Shown: in pieces, positions 9,801-14,675 of the stretch | Numbering within the stretch: position 1 is the stretch's first letter | Layout of the letters: each line of letters opens with the position of its first letter | Origin: Verrucomicrobiales bacterium | GTDB taxonomy: Bacteria; Verrucomicrobiota; Verrucomicrobiia; Verrucomicrobiales; V1-33 | Length of the DNA stretch: 17,646 bases | Direction: 5' to 3' | Assembly (NCBI GenBank): GCA_031411295.1 | Contig: JANOAV010000194.1 | Location: 1-17,646, forward strand | Notes under the pieces: model-generated | What the model saw: only the letters and a program-made list of their open reading frames with translations | Told to the model about the DNA's origin: nothing | Databases searched by the model: none | Translations under genes and position numbers: made by a program

Positions 9801-10265
9801 ATGCAAGGAATCCTGATCCCGCGTTCCCTGGGAGTCCCGCTCACCATAGACATGGGCCTGATAGCGCGAGCCACCCAGCTCGACTGAACGGCTGTAATGC
9901 GTGGCGACGTTCTCGCCACACGCAATTCTCAACGTCACGCTCCCCATGCCCGACACCCGCTGCTCCAACTGCTTCACGATGGCCTCCGGCAATTCCTGCC
10001 GCACAGAGAACGGCACTGTGGACGCAATCGCCCCGGCCGGATCATTTTCAATCAACTGCCGCACCACCGCCCGCCGAGCTGCCGCCAGCTCAACACCCCG
10101 ATACTCCAATCCCGCCCGCTCCCCCGGAGCCACCGCCGCATAGGCCTTAGCCCAAGCCGAGAACGCCCGACACGCCGGATCCGCTTCGCGTCCCCAACCG
10201 GTCCCAAACTGATAAACGGCATCCCCAGTCGGCCCATTTGCCGCAGCCACCGGAGACGCCTGCAC
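870..10265 (-). CDS. Giant secreted modular metzincin (M11/gametolysin-like) zinc protease/adhesin: propeptide, protease, cadherin-like beta-sandwich, proprotein-convertase P-domain, FN3-like and Ig/cadherin-like repeats, LamG, BNR beta-propeller, C-terminal domain
   Basis: 3131-aa ORF. HEIGHALGLNH zinc motif at 9018-9050. Repeated N.AP.I..I.ED and ND.P.F modules. Five FN3-like repeats (T.Y.YRA.A.N..G..Y). WHHVA and IDEARLYNRVLT LamG motifs. Asp-box repeats. The true N-terminus probably lies in another frame, starting at 10507. Confidence 0.9.
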   Translation of the reverse strand: MQASPVAAANGPTGDAVYQFGTGWGREADPACRAFSAWAKAYAAVAPGERAGLEYRGVELAAARRAVVRQLIENDPAGAIASTVPFSVRQELPEAIVKQLEQRVSGMGSVTLRIACGENVATHYSRSVELGGSRYQAHVYGERDSQGTRDQDSLHGIVLDRHLAVLASPLRLLEIGEQPTVGKRIVVDLRGSQSMTDPVVMESGEGVYYASSAAALSNEMIPWKLAFGGPPVGTSGGPNFRAYRNSTTSNRILAMPVVFKVDPTITGGQTPVLTQAAAQAGLIATDIWLRQASYGRCGFGGPTSNAADMVATSVLTLPKTQAEYNDLNDRGNQLLADARAKAKEIQSVTWDTANFEFDVVFYENKFIRGGVTQKVFPFSGLANQGAKGMWCNVSAGQPFDIRLFHHEIGHALGLNHAGIWERSAGSLDPLDPAGYFEAYGSPFDPLGVGGETAHYSANYKYLLGWIPETNIQTVDSTTTVKIYAHDAGGVLNSSRKYGIRIPVQKSDAGGPNRRDYWLDTRTVFNEAVDGYGNKVIPLTQRDGVAVQWGDDIGSPQGSCFLDSTPGSSANSDARDGLLLKGKKFLDPTGATGIGRVEIETIDVGGSGADRWADVKITTPNADLASLNPSKGALSPAFSVGTSDYSMTLLGATSLSLQPTASSPSATLKWSVNGGTSASFTSGTALNVPLLGGRNFVEIQVTNAGWQKKYLVTVYTLEKVAGTGIGAIPESTGPEGYTNYEGPPREILFDLTGQSGTVSDLVVDFTLNPAHPFCTDIIARLVAPDNTVLTVLSMKKLKYTVKINGQDMTFTGDDSDLAGPYFFGDVGVGTLSAAASATTGGTVPSGRYTPELDGATTSLITTFKNKPLAGIWKLRFTDHWNNTKSGGVVSAANLHFATQPPPPTPDPTVTAPTHTAITQTSATLGGNVTNTNGGTLSERGVVLVAGSSAPALNSTTTSVTKLLASSATTGAFTVNATALSPNTTYTYRAFASNTAGGTGYSPSGTFTTLPLNIAPKISDILDRVINEDSNTGAIAFTITDPDAGAVFTVSATSSDTALVPNANIVLTGSGSATSRTVSVTPVPNAFGSTAITLTVSDGAATATDVFNVTVNPVNDMPSFGFSAPGSVSRAVNSGVQTLANVVSSRSPGVPPNESTQTVTMIVTNNNNALFSVQPAVSGNSVIFTPGNTAGSATVTLLAQDNGGTANSGVDLSASQTFVITITPAPGTVSNATHSNVATTSVTFSAEVTGNGGGTILSRGFVYALATVAVPTEANSTSVTAPLGSAGGLGPMSFTPTNLTANTDYNYRAWVRNAAGITYSSATSTFKTTQGAVAPTITDVANVTMLENGTDNTRSFSVADANAGSTLTVTVSSNNPALLPPASVVLTKSGDNYTMSLQPLVSKFGDATITLTVSDGALTATDVFVVTVQPINDRPTFTYTAPGTINVAAGAGPQTRNGIATSLSAGPNESAQTVSFIVTNDNTNLFSIAPSIDAAGTLTFTPGNAAGTATVSFFARDSGGTANGGNDTSTPTRSFSIVVSGGVPTVNNPAASDVTVTSARLSGFVSSDGGLAVTERGVVVMAGSGTPVIDGLGVVKWPATGTTGAFTVTASSLGNGTAYNFRPYAINSAGTSYSSVTGTFTTLGTPGSVPSGAVSWWKGETNANDSIGSNNGTLNLGSYTAGKVNQAFSLTGASGRYVRVGNDSSLKVSTGTVDAWVRTSSSAFQAIIVKQYAYGLYLDGNKLLSHIFTYGNVTTRSLDLNDNLWHHVAMSFDSNPASRGVKLYVDGVLQGSDPYFAVSDQNYDLVIGAGLPDGSFQNFAGNIDEARLYNRVLTAPEIDAIYRNSVGARPVVSDIANPTIYEDAVLAPVAFTITDADVGAAFNVSATSSNQTLVPNANLTLGGSGSSRTISAVPLANQFGSTDITITVDDCTQRTTETFTLTVAPVNDAPSLVIPAGAGGGNFAINVTAGSGLQTRSAFATSLSAGPANESAQAVRTTVISNSNPALFLNQPTFDATGTLTFTPGYAAGTANITLRASDDGGTANGGIDVGPTNTFTITVLSAVPVVTILSEFGRTNVTADLGVKVDSSYGAPLLANGLIVAPTSLGSPLLLDSPGVLIFPCASLKLGVINQVTATGLTPNTSYSYRGYATNSIGTGYFGAIAQFTTTNVNAPPSITPPNDDPWLGLIFEDSTGGPYTITLNDADPGAVLTLTAVSLDPALLPTGNIVLGGSGKNRTLSLTPSPDQSGSAQIELTVSDGIASQSLRVVATVRSVNDAPSFDLSPTLPLGISGGAWTARETMQPWSAIASSADGMKLAASAYQIYRTTNRGETWAADGIDLFADIASSADGQTLLRTPKIGYFAISRDGGLTWSYDPDYSNDYVAVAMSANASIMAVIKADNNIPWRSGLIHISTDSGVTWTAASPSQDWTDVAISPDGSLIIGVVHGGQIFTSADNGTTWTARESLRNWKAIASSQNGTHLLAAEEGGQLYVSHNAGVAWTPTENARQWSSVAISNNGTRMVASARGDKIYTSDDSGATWTARDSNRQWAGVASSADGLKLAAVDTDGFIYTSNSSINIDAGAGPFSLPGALVNISVGPNEPLAQGVWFITYNDNNALFTVQPQFSPAGDLTFTAGGRSGVAHLTIWAEDGGGTSYGGENTSTQRQLTITIENRAPTAIALSEVSVLENSPPNATIGTLAATDTNNGQIHSFALVSGAGDTDNALFAISGSRTLKLTVSPDFETQPSYSIRVRADDGNGGLYEQALAINVIDINEAPTYNIGTTIIRVPIDAGPRTFTNFVTNLSGGPGAEAAQTVTPILNGVDNAGLFSAQPNIDASGTLRFTPTGTGVGETNATVRVQDNGGTANGGVQLSEQRLIKIIIDPTLPKITGPTISNVADTTATVSANVTFDGGAAVQQRGIVLVPASISWEPRIGGTGVVQLPISGTTGVFNANFANLKRRTDYVVRGYAYNGVNSEFSYTDSSLFRTKTIYELWANGYSIGTAPTGANGAPNILNFAFDMNPVISSQPALQLNGTFAAATYGSGGMPFVRYEPTQFSLDFRGIFSRRTDRVAAELTYTAQFSSDMSFWVDSPVTPTVLAVDGTGQYEIVSVPFPPFLNGKKVHFFRVAVSTP
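2553..3392 (-). other. Seven-bladed BNR/Asp-box beta-propeller within the giant protein
   Basis: Seven W..(I/V)A.S.DG..L-type repeats and six S.D.G.TW-type Asp boxes. Confidence 0.8.
4740..5330 (-). other. LamG/concanavalin A-like domain within the giant protein
   Basis: VSWWKGETNANDSIG, TVDAWV, LNDNLWHHVAMSFD, KLYVDG, FAGNIDEARLYNRVLTAPEI. Confidence 0.85.
7580..8100 (-). other. Proprotein convertase P-domain-like module within the giant protein
   Basis: AIPE...VSDLVVDFTL..HPFCTDIIARLVAPD...FKNKPLAGIWKLRFTD..SG.V..ANL.F pattern typical of P-domains. Confidence 0.7.
8413..9520 (-). other. Metzincin catalytic region (M11/M6-like) within the giant protein
   Basis: HEXXHXXGXXH = HEIGHALGLNH, followed by EAYGSPFDPLG and K.LLGWI, which resemble gametolysin-like peptidases. 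Boundaries are approximate. Confidence 0.75.
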
Positions 10266-10507
10266 CCCGGCTCAACTGGGGCAGCTGTTGCAGCTGTTGC
10301 AGTAGCAGTTGGAGATGGAGGCACCACCGCCACCGCCTTTGCCGAAGCCGTTGGCGGATCGACCACGACGCTAGGCGTGGATCCCGAATTAGTCCAAATG
10401 GCCACGCCAGCAGCCAAAATAGCGAAGCTCAACGGAACGAAAACACGGCTGGATCGAGCGGTAAAGATCGAACAAAGACGACGGATGAAGTGTGAGACAA
10501 AATGCAT
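10266..10507 (-). CDS. Frameshifted N-terminal signal/membrane segment of the giant protease gene
   Basis: ATG 10507 gives MHFVSHFIRRLCSIFTARSSRVFVPLSFAILAAGVAIW plus an Ala/Pro/Thr linker up to ...PVEPG, then implausible sequence. The giant frame is closed by TGA at 10272-10274. Adding one G to CCGGGGTG joins the two into a 3212-aa protein. Confidence 0.75.
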
Positions 10508-10572
10508 AAGGGTGTATGGGCGTTAAGACTTATTGAAATCGGAAAACGGCTGAGAACTGGTCCTCCCACAGG

Positions 10573-10674
10573 AGAACGCGCTTTTTTTCCGCGGGCGTTT
10601 CGACGATTTTGAAAAAAGTTGAATTTTTTTCTCAGCACCGCTTCCGCAATGTGTCCCGACTGTCCTCAGTCGGG
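10573..10674 (-). promoter_or_regulatory. Duplicated upstream block, copy A (REP-like hairpin, A/T tracts, GAAAC-N19-GTTCT); putative promoter
   Basis: 89/102 ungapped identity with 13848-13949. Ends 66 nt upstream of ATG 10507. The promoter role is inferred. Confidence 0.65.
10651..10674. repeat. REP-like palindrome GTGT-CCCGACTG-TCCT-CAGTCGGG
   Basis: Perfect 8-bp stem with a 4-nt loop. Identical copies at 13926-13949 and, inverted, at 14028-14051. Confidence 0.85.
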
Positions 10675-10711
10675 AGCACCGGAGGAGTCTTCCACGTTTC
10701 TAGAAGCCAGA

Positions 10712-10840
10712 TGACAAAAGAATGAATGACAAAAGAATTCTTCCAGATCATGGAAAGCCACCTCCTCCATTCATGCCCTTTCCCCCTCTTCCCTCTTAAA
10801 TCACCAACGAGAAATTCTCCTGTCATTCATTCTCCTGTCA
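10712..10840. repeat. 28-bp inverted repeat built of tandem TGACA(AA/GG)AGAAT units
   Basis: Arms at 10712-10739 and 10813-10840, 24/28 complementary. Each arm is itself a tandem dimer. Confidence 0.75.
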
Positions 10841-10870
10841 CCTCAAGCGTCGCGCTAGCACAACGGTGGG

Positions 10871-10916
10871 TTGCTTCACCTGCACAGCCCCCTCTGCAAT
10901 CCTGCCGCTCGCCTTC
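10871..10916 (-). repeat. Degenerate direct copy of the 3' end of the Ser/Thr kinase gene (15073-15120)
   Basis: cttcacctgcacagCcccctcTGcaat--cctgccgctcgccttc versus cttcacctgcacagTcccctcCTcaatCTcctgccgctcgccttc: 40/45 aligned positions. The kinase stop TAA is CAA in the copy. Confidence 0.8.
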
Positions 10917-11069
10917 ACCCTCCACGATCACACTCGCAAAACGCTCCGCCAACCGCGTCCCGAATGATTTGTGAAACGCGTTACACCACCGGGGGAACCG
11001 TTGTTGCAACAACCGCCTCAAACACGAAAGATCCTGCCTCAGCGGGACCTGTTTCTTTCTAAAATCAAG
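10911..11069 (-). pseudogene. Remnant of a REP-associated tyrosine (Y1/IS200-like, RAYT) transposase
   Basis: The frame reads LDFRKKQVPLRQDLSCLRRLLQQRFPRWCNAFHKSFGTRLAERFASVIVEGEG, matching the DLS.FM..L.QRF..W.N..H.R.GTLW..RF.SV.VE core of this family. There is no HUH motif, no catalytic Tyr and no credible full-length start. Confidence 0.65.
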
Positions 11070-11128
11070 TTAAGGGGCTGGCGCCATCGTGGCGCAAGGT
11101 GAGCGGCCGGTGCAGGCTGGTGGCATCA

Positions 11129-11635
11129 TTATTTGCGTCTAGTCAGTAGCATGACGGATTTCGTTTTGTGCCCGACCGGATAAACGCCCTCACTGGAAAG
11201 AACTTTCCCGTCACCATTGAACTTATATTTATTTCCCGAATGAAGCATTCTCGTGACCAATCCGTCATTTCCGATGCTCTCCACTTGAGCAAAAAATGCC
11301 ACCCCATCACCAAATACAACTTCTATATAACTACCTACCGGGGTAATGTCGTTTGCCCGGCCTCCATAAAACGCAATTTTTTGGCATTTATGCCCGATCT
11401 TATAAGCTCCGCCTGATGATGTCACCGTGGTTCCGGCAAATGAATACATGTTATCAGAATGCAGCATTTTTGTGTGGACTTCATTTCCACCTTTCGACAA
11501 GACCTTGGCATAAAAAGTTTTGCCATCGGCAAAAGTGACGACACATAAATCATTCGCAGCGGTATTTTGGGCATTTGCGCTGAAGCTGAAAAGCAACGTG
11601 AGAGCGGACATTAGAATTGTGAGGATATTTTTCAT
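11129..11635 (-). CDS. Exported hypothetical protein with two tandem ~65-aa beta-rich repeats
   Basis: Signal peptide MKNILTILMSALTLLFSFSANA|Q. The repeat V.F.DG..F.A.V.S.G......MLHS.N.Y.F.G..V.SS.G.Y..GHK occurs twice. Visibly more AT-rich than the flanking genes. Confidence 0.85.
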   Translation of the reverse strand: MKNILTILMSALTLLFSFSANAQNTAANDLCVVTFADGKTFYAKVLSKGGNEVHTKMLHSDNMYSFAGTTVTSSGGAYKIGHKCQKIAFYGGRANDITPVGSYIEVVFGDGVAFFAQVESIGNDGLVTRMLHSGNKYKFNGDGKVLSSEGVYPVGHKTKSVMLLTRRK

Positions 11636-11726
11636 TGATTTGGTGGATGTTTGTTTTTGTGGTAAGGCCCGGATGGGGAAGGAAAGGGGTTTGCAGATTG
11701 ATGGCGACTGATCTCAGTCACACTTC

Positions 11727-12782
11727 CTACTTTTTGAACTTCTCAATGCATTCCCTTACCTTCTCATCGGCGGCATGGCTTCCCTTGAGATTGAAGGACC
11801 AGAATTTTGATCCCGCAAATTTCAACCGCAGGGTCTTCGAGTTGCGGTAGCCGTCAGCCAAGCCACCTGGCTCGTCGTGGGGATGGGAGATGCGCAGCCA
11901 TTTGTCGCCTTCGTCATTGATCACCTTGCCAGCGTAAGTCAGGCTATCATCACTTGGTGATTCGTCGCTGGCGAGCGTCACGACAATGTTGCCGTCGGCA
12001 TCCTTGGGAGCACCTTTGAGCTTATCCCAATCGCCTGAGGCATCAACATGCAGGTGCGTATCATCCGTGGAAATGCGGATCATGGAGCCGTCGTCAAACC
12101 CACGGATCATTCCAGCGTAGGCAAATTTGCCATTCGCGTGTGTGTAGTAGTGGACTCCCCAATCTCCAGGCCGGGCGTATTCGTGTTCAATCAACTTACC
12201 GGCACTTGCGCCTTTGCTAGGCTTCGCAGGGCTGTCCGCCTTTGGTTCTTCTTCCGCTGTGGCATCCGCTGTCAGGAAACTTTCGACCATGGCCTTGTAG
12301 GCCGCGTTGCTCCCTTTCAGATCGAACGACCACACGACTGATTCATCGACGTCCCCCACATAGATGATGAGTTTTTTAGCGTTGGCAATGCCGTCGCCTG
12401 GGCCCGGCTCGTTGGGTTCAGTGATGCGCAACCAGCTCATGCCATCCTCTTCCTCGATGACCTTGGCTTTCCCTTTCCAAGCGGATTCATTGTCTGCACT
12501 GTTGATCTTGTATTCCGTAGCGTGGAATTTCATGTCAGGAATATCGCTCCAGTCTGCAGAGGAATCGATGTGGAAGTTTTTGCCATCAAAGATGATGCGC
12601 AGGTGGACTTCCTGCTTCGTTTCGTAAGTGCGGATCATTTCGGAAAAGACAACTTTTCCTTTTTCATTCGCGACCGAGTTGACGGTCCAGCCGCCTTTGT
12701 CGCTGACAAGTGTGCGGACCAGCTCTGCGTGGATGAGCCCTGCGCTAAGAAGGAGCGCGGATAATGTAGTGATGAATTTCAT
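11727..12782 (-). CDS. Exported hypothetical protein with two tandem ~150-aa domains
   Basis: Signal peptide MKFITTLSALLLSAGLIHA|E. Duplicated motifs G.W.V...MIR, H.D.S.DW, WLRI..P.EPG..DG..N.K.L and WSF.LKGS.AA, joined by an A/E/P/K linker. Confidence 0.88.
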   Translation of the reverse strand: MKFITTLSALLLSAGLIHAELVRTLVSDKGGWTVNSVANEKGKVVFSEMIRTYETKQEVHLRIIFDGKNFHIDSSADWSDIPDMKFHATEYKINSADNESAWKGKAKVIEEEDGMSWLRITEPNEPGPGDGIANAKKLIIYVGDVDESVVWSFDLKGSNAAYKAMVESFLTADATAEEEPKADSPAKPSKGASAGKLIEHEYARPGDWGVHYYTHANGKFAYAGMIRGFDDGSMIRISTDDTHLHVDASGDWDKLKGAPKDADGNIVVTLASDESPSDDSLTYAGKVINDEGDKWLRISHPHDEPGGLADGYRNSKTLRLKFAGSKFWSFNLKGSHAADEKVRECIEKFKK

Positions 12783-12847
12783 AGGTTAGGACGGCATTAG
12801 CTTTGCCTTGGTGTGGGTATCGAAAAAATATAAAGATCAGGGTTGGG

Positions 12848-13168
12848 TTAGTTGGCAGCGCCCCGGCCCATCTGGCGACTGGCGGTATCGAGTTCCTCCG
12901 CTTCGTTACGGGCGTCAGCGGCCTGGTGGTCGATGTCAGAGGTATCGGGATAGCCATCCGCCGCCCCACGGCGTGACATGCGGCTGGCGTTCTCGAGTTC
13001 TTCCGCGCGATCCCGCTTGGCAGCGGCCTGGCGGCCCAGACTGGACTGCTCGCTGCGGATGTTAGCCTGAGTTTCGCGACGCTCGTCGTCGGTGGGCTCA
13101 AGGGTCCCGCAGGAGGTGAAGACGGAGGCGGTGGTGACGATGAGGCTGGTGAGGATGAATTTGTTCAT
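12848..13168 (-). CDS. Small predicted lipoprotein, helical, with an internal repeat
   Basis: MNKFILTSLIVTTASVFTS|C lipobox-like signal. RDRAEELENASRMSRRGAA and RNEAEELDTASRQMGRGAA repeat. Confidence 0.8.
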   Translation of the reverse strand: MNKFILTSLIVTTASVFTSCGTLEPTDDERRETQANIRSEQSSLGRQAAAKRDRAEELENASRMSRRGAADGYPDTSDIDHQAADARNEAEELDTASRQMGRGAAN

Positions 13169-13265
13169 GGAGCGCTGAGGGTTTTGTAAAAAGAGGGCTA
13201 AAGGAATTTCTCCGGAAACGAGAGCCGGTGGCGGATACTTATTGGCGCAGAATTTGGGTTCACCC

Positions 13266-13784
13266 TTATTTATAGGCTTTCATGGATGCCATGATTGTGT
13301 CGTAGGAATTCTTGTCGGTATCGGAAAGCGTTTTGGGGCTGTCAACGGTGATGGTGCAGAGGATGGATTGCCCTTTGCCGCCATTGAAGAGCATTAAGGT
13401 GAATTCAAACGTCGTCTTGCTGTCCACCCCTTCCCCTTTTGCTTCGTAGGTGCCGGAGAAGGAAGTGAGGCCATTGACGGTGCCCTTCCGGGGCTCCATG
13501 GTCACTTTGGTTCCTTCCCAGCCTTGTCTTTTCTTTTCCGCTGCGAACTGCTCTTTATACACTGCCATGCTGGCGTCCTTCGGAACAGCTGTGAAGGTGA
13601 CGTTCACTCTTCCGCTTTTGGATTGAAGGATGGTGGCGTCCCCGTCGTCTTTTGAACTCCAGCCGCTCGGCAGGTCGTATTTGAGCACGGGGTCTTGCTC
13701 CGGGAAGGCTTTCTCTTTCGCTGAGGCGGATGAGATGAAAGCGAGAGCGATAAGCCCAAGGATAGCGCGTAGTTTGTTTTTCAT
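13266..13784 (-). CDS. Exported hypothetical protein, possibly Mog1p/PsbP/DcrB-like fold
   Basis: Signal peptide MKNKLRAILGLIALAFISSASA|K. YDLPSGW near the N-terminus, TVNGL..F in the middle and YDTIMASMK at the end fit the PsbP-like pattern. The fold call is tentative. Confidence 0.8.
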   Translation of the reverse strand: MKNKLRAILGLIALAFISSASAKEKAFPEQDPVLKYDLPSGWSSKDDGDATILQSKSGRVNVTFTAVPKDASMAVYKEQFAAEKKRQGWEGTKVTMEPRKGTVNGLTSFSGTYEAKGEGVDSKTTFEFTLMLFNGGKGQSILCTITVDSPKTLSDTDKNSYDTIMASMKAYK

Positions 13785-13847
13785 TGTTTTGTGTTGTTTT
13801 GCCCTCTTCCTTTGGCTAAATGGGAGGCAGGACAGAGGCTACACCTT

Positions 13848-13949
13848 AGAACTCGCCATTTTTCTGCGGGCGTTTCAACGATCGTGAAAAAAGGTGAAAT
13901 TTTTTCTGAGCACGGTTTCCGCAAGGTGTCCCGACTGTCCTCAGTCGGG
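13848..13949 (-). promoter_or_regulatory. Duplicated upstream block, copy B; putative promoter of the four-gene cassette
   Basis: 89/102 identity with 10573-10674. Ends 64 nt upstream of ATG 13784. Confidence 0.65.
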
Positions 13950-14051
13950 TGCCATGGCCGCAACAATGGCCAAGGAACCATCAGGCCTTGTGACTGGGAA
14001 GCTGCGCCTTTTTTACCAGTGCGGAGGCCCGACTGAGGACAGTCGGGACAC
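13926..14051. repeat. REPIN/MITE-like doublet: perfect 24-bp inverted repeats with a 78-bp spacer
   Basis: GTGTCCCGACTGTCCTCAGTCGGG at 13926-13949 and its exact reverse complement at 14028-14051. Confidence 0.85.
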
Positions 14052-14129
14052 GTTCGGGCAGGCCCAGTCCAAATAAAAAGGGCCAGCTTTTCTCTTGTCG
14101 GAAACATCGGAAAGTGGGAGCTTACTCGT

Positions 14130-14339
14130 ATGGATGACTTTGACCCACAACCCATTAGTCTAGCCGACGCCCAACGGATATGGACCTTGCAGAAGCAGAA
14201 GCAGCCGCTCTTACCCGACGACCAAGCCCTCCTCGCTCAGGCAGCGGAATGGCAAATGTGGGTCAGCCATGGGATCCGGTTGAAGTCTTCGAAGCCCACC
14301 GGGCCAAACTCCGTGCGAAGTAGGGGTTGGGCTTTTTGA
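14130..14339 (+). CDS. Possible small hypothetical protein or gene fragment
   Basis: ATG preceded by GGGAG. Fills an otherwise empty gap, and the first ~50 aa look protein-like. No recognisable family. Confidence 0.3.
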   Translation: MDDFDPQPISLADAQRIWTLQKQKQPLLPDDQALLAQAAEWQMWVSHGIRLKSSKPTGPNSVRSRGWAF

Positions 14340-14387
14340 TTGATTTGTTGCTTGGTGCTCATGACAAATAATATGGCAGGATTTCGT

Positions 14388-14675
14388 TTACTCCCCAGCG
14401 AGAATCGTCGGCAGATCCCGGGCGGCGTGGAGCACGCGGACGATTTCGACTTTATCAGGTCGGTTGTAGTAAAAGATGAGATAGTTTTTGAAGCCCGGCA
14501 CGGTCAAGCGGCGGAGGCCTTTTAGCTTTGGGTTTTGGGTGCGGTAAAGAGTGCCCCGCTCGGGCTTAGCTCCAAGGCTTCTCATAGCCGCATCGACATT
14601 ATCCCGAGCGATGTAATCAGCCTGTTCATTGGTGTCTGCCGCGATGAAGTCGCTTCTTTCAACAGCCTTGCTCAT
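14388..14675 (-). CDS. parE: Type II TA toxin, RelE/ParE family (apparently internally shortened)
   Basis: DYIARDNVDAA, PERG, LKGLRRLTVPGFKNYLIFY and VEIVRVLHAARDL are ParE-type motifs. The start overlaps the antitoxin stop (ATGA, 14672-14675). Confidence 0.88.
   Translation of the reverse strand: MSKAVERSDFIAADTNEQADYIARDNVDAAMRSLGAKPERGTLYRTQNPKLKGLRRLTVPGFKNYLIFYYNRPDKVEIVRVLHAARDLPTILAGE

Noticed and set aside
1029..10150. Many 60-255 aa ORFs antisense or out of frame within the giant gene
   Set aside because: They are shadow ORFs expected from GC-rich, Thr/Val/Ala-rich repetitive coding sequence, and none has a recognisable motif.
10651..14051. CRISPR interpretation of the 24-bp palindromic repeat
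   Set aside because: There are only three copies, kilobases apart or inverted, with no regular spacers and no cas genes.
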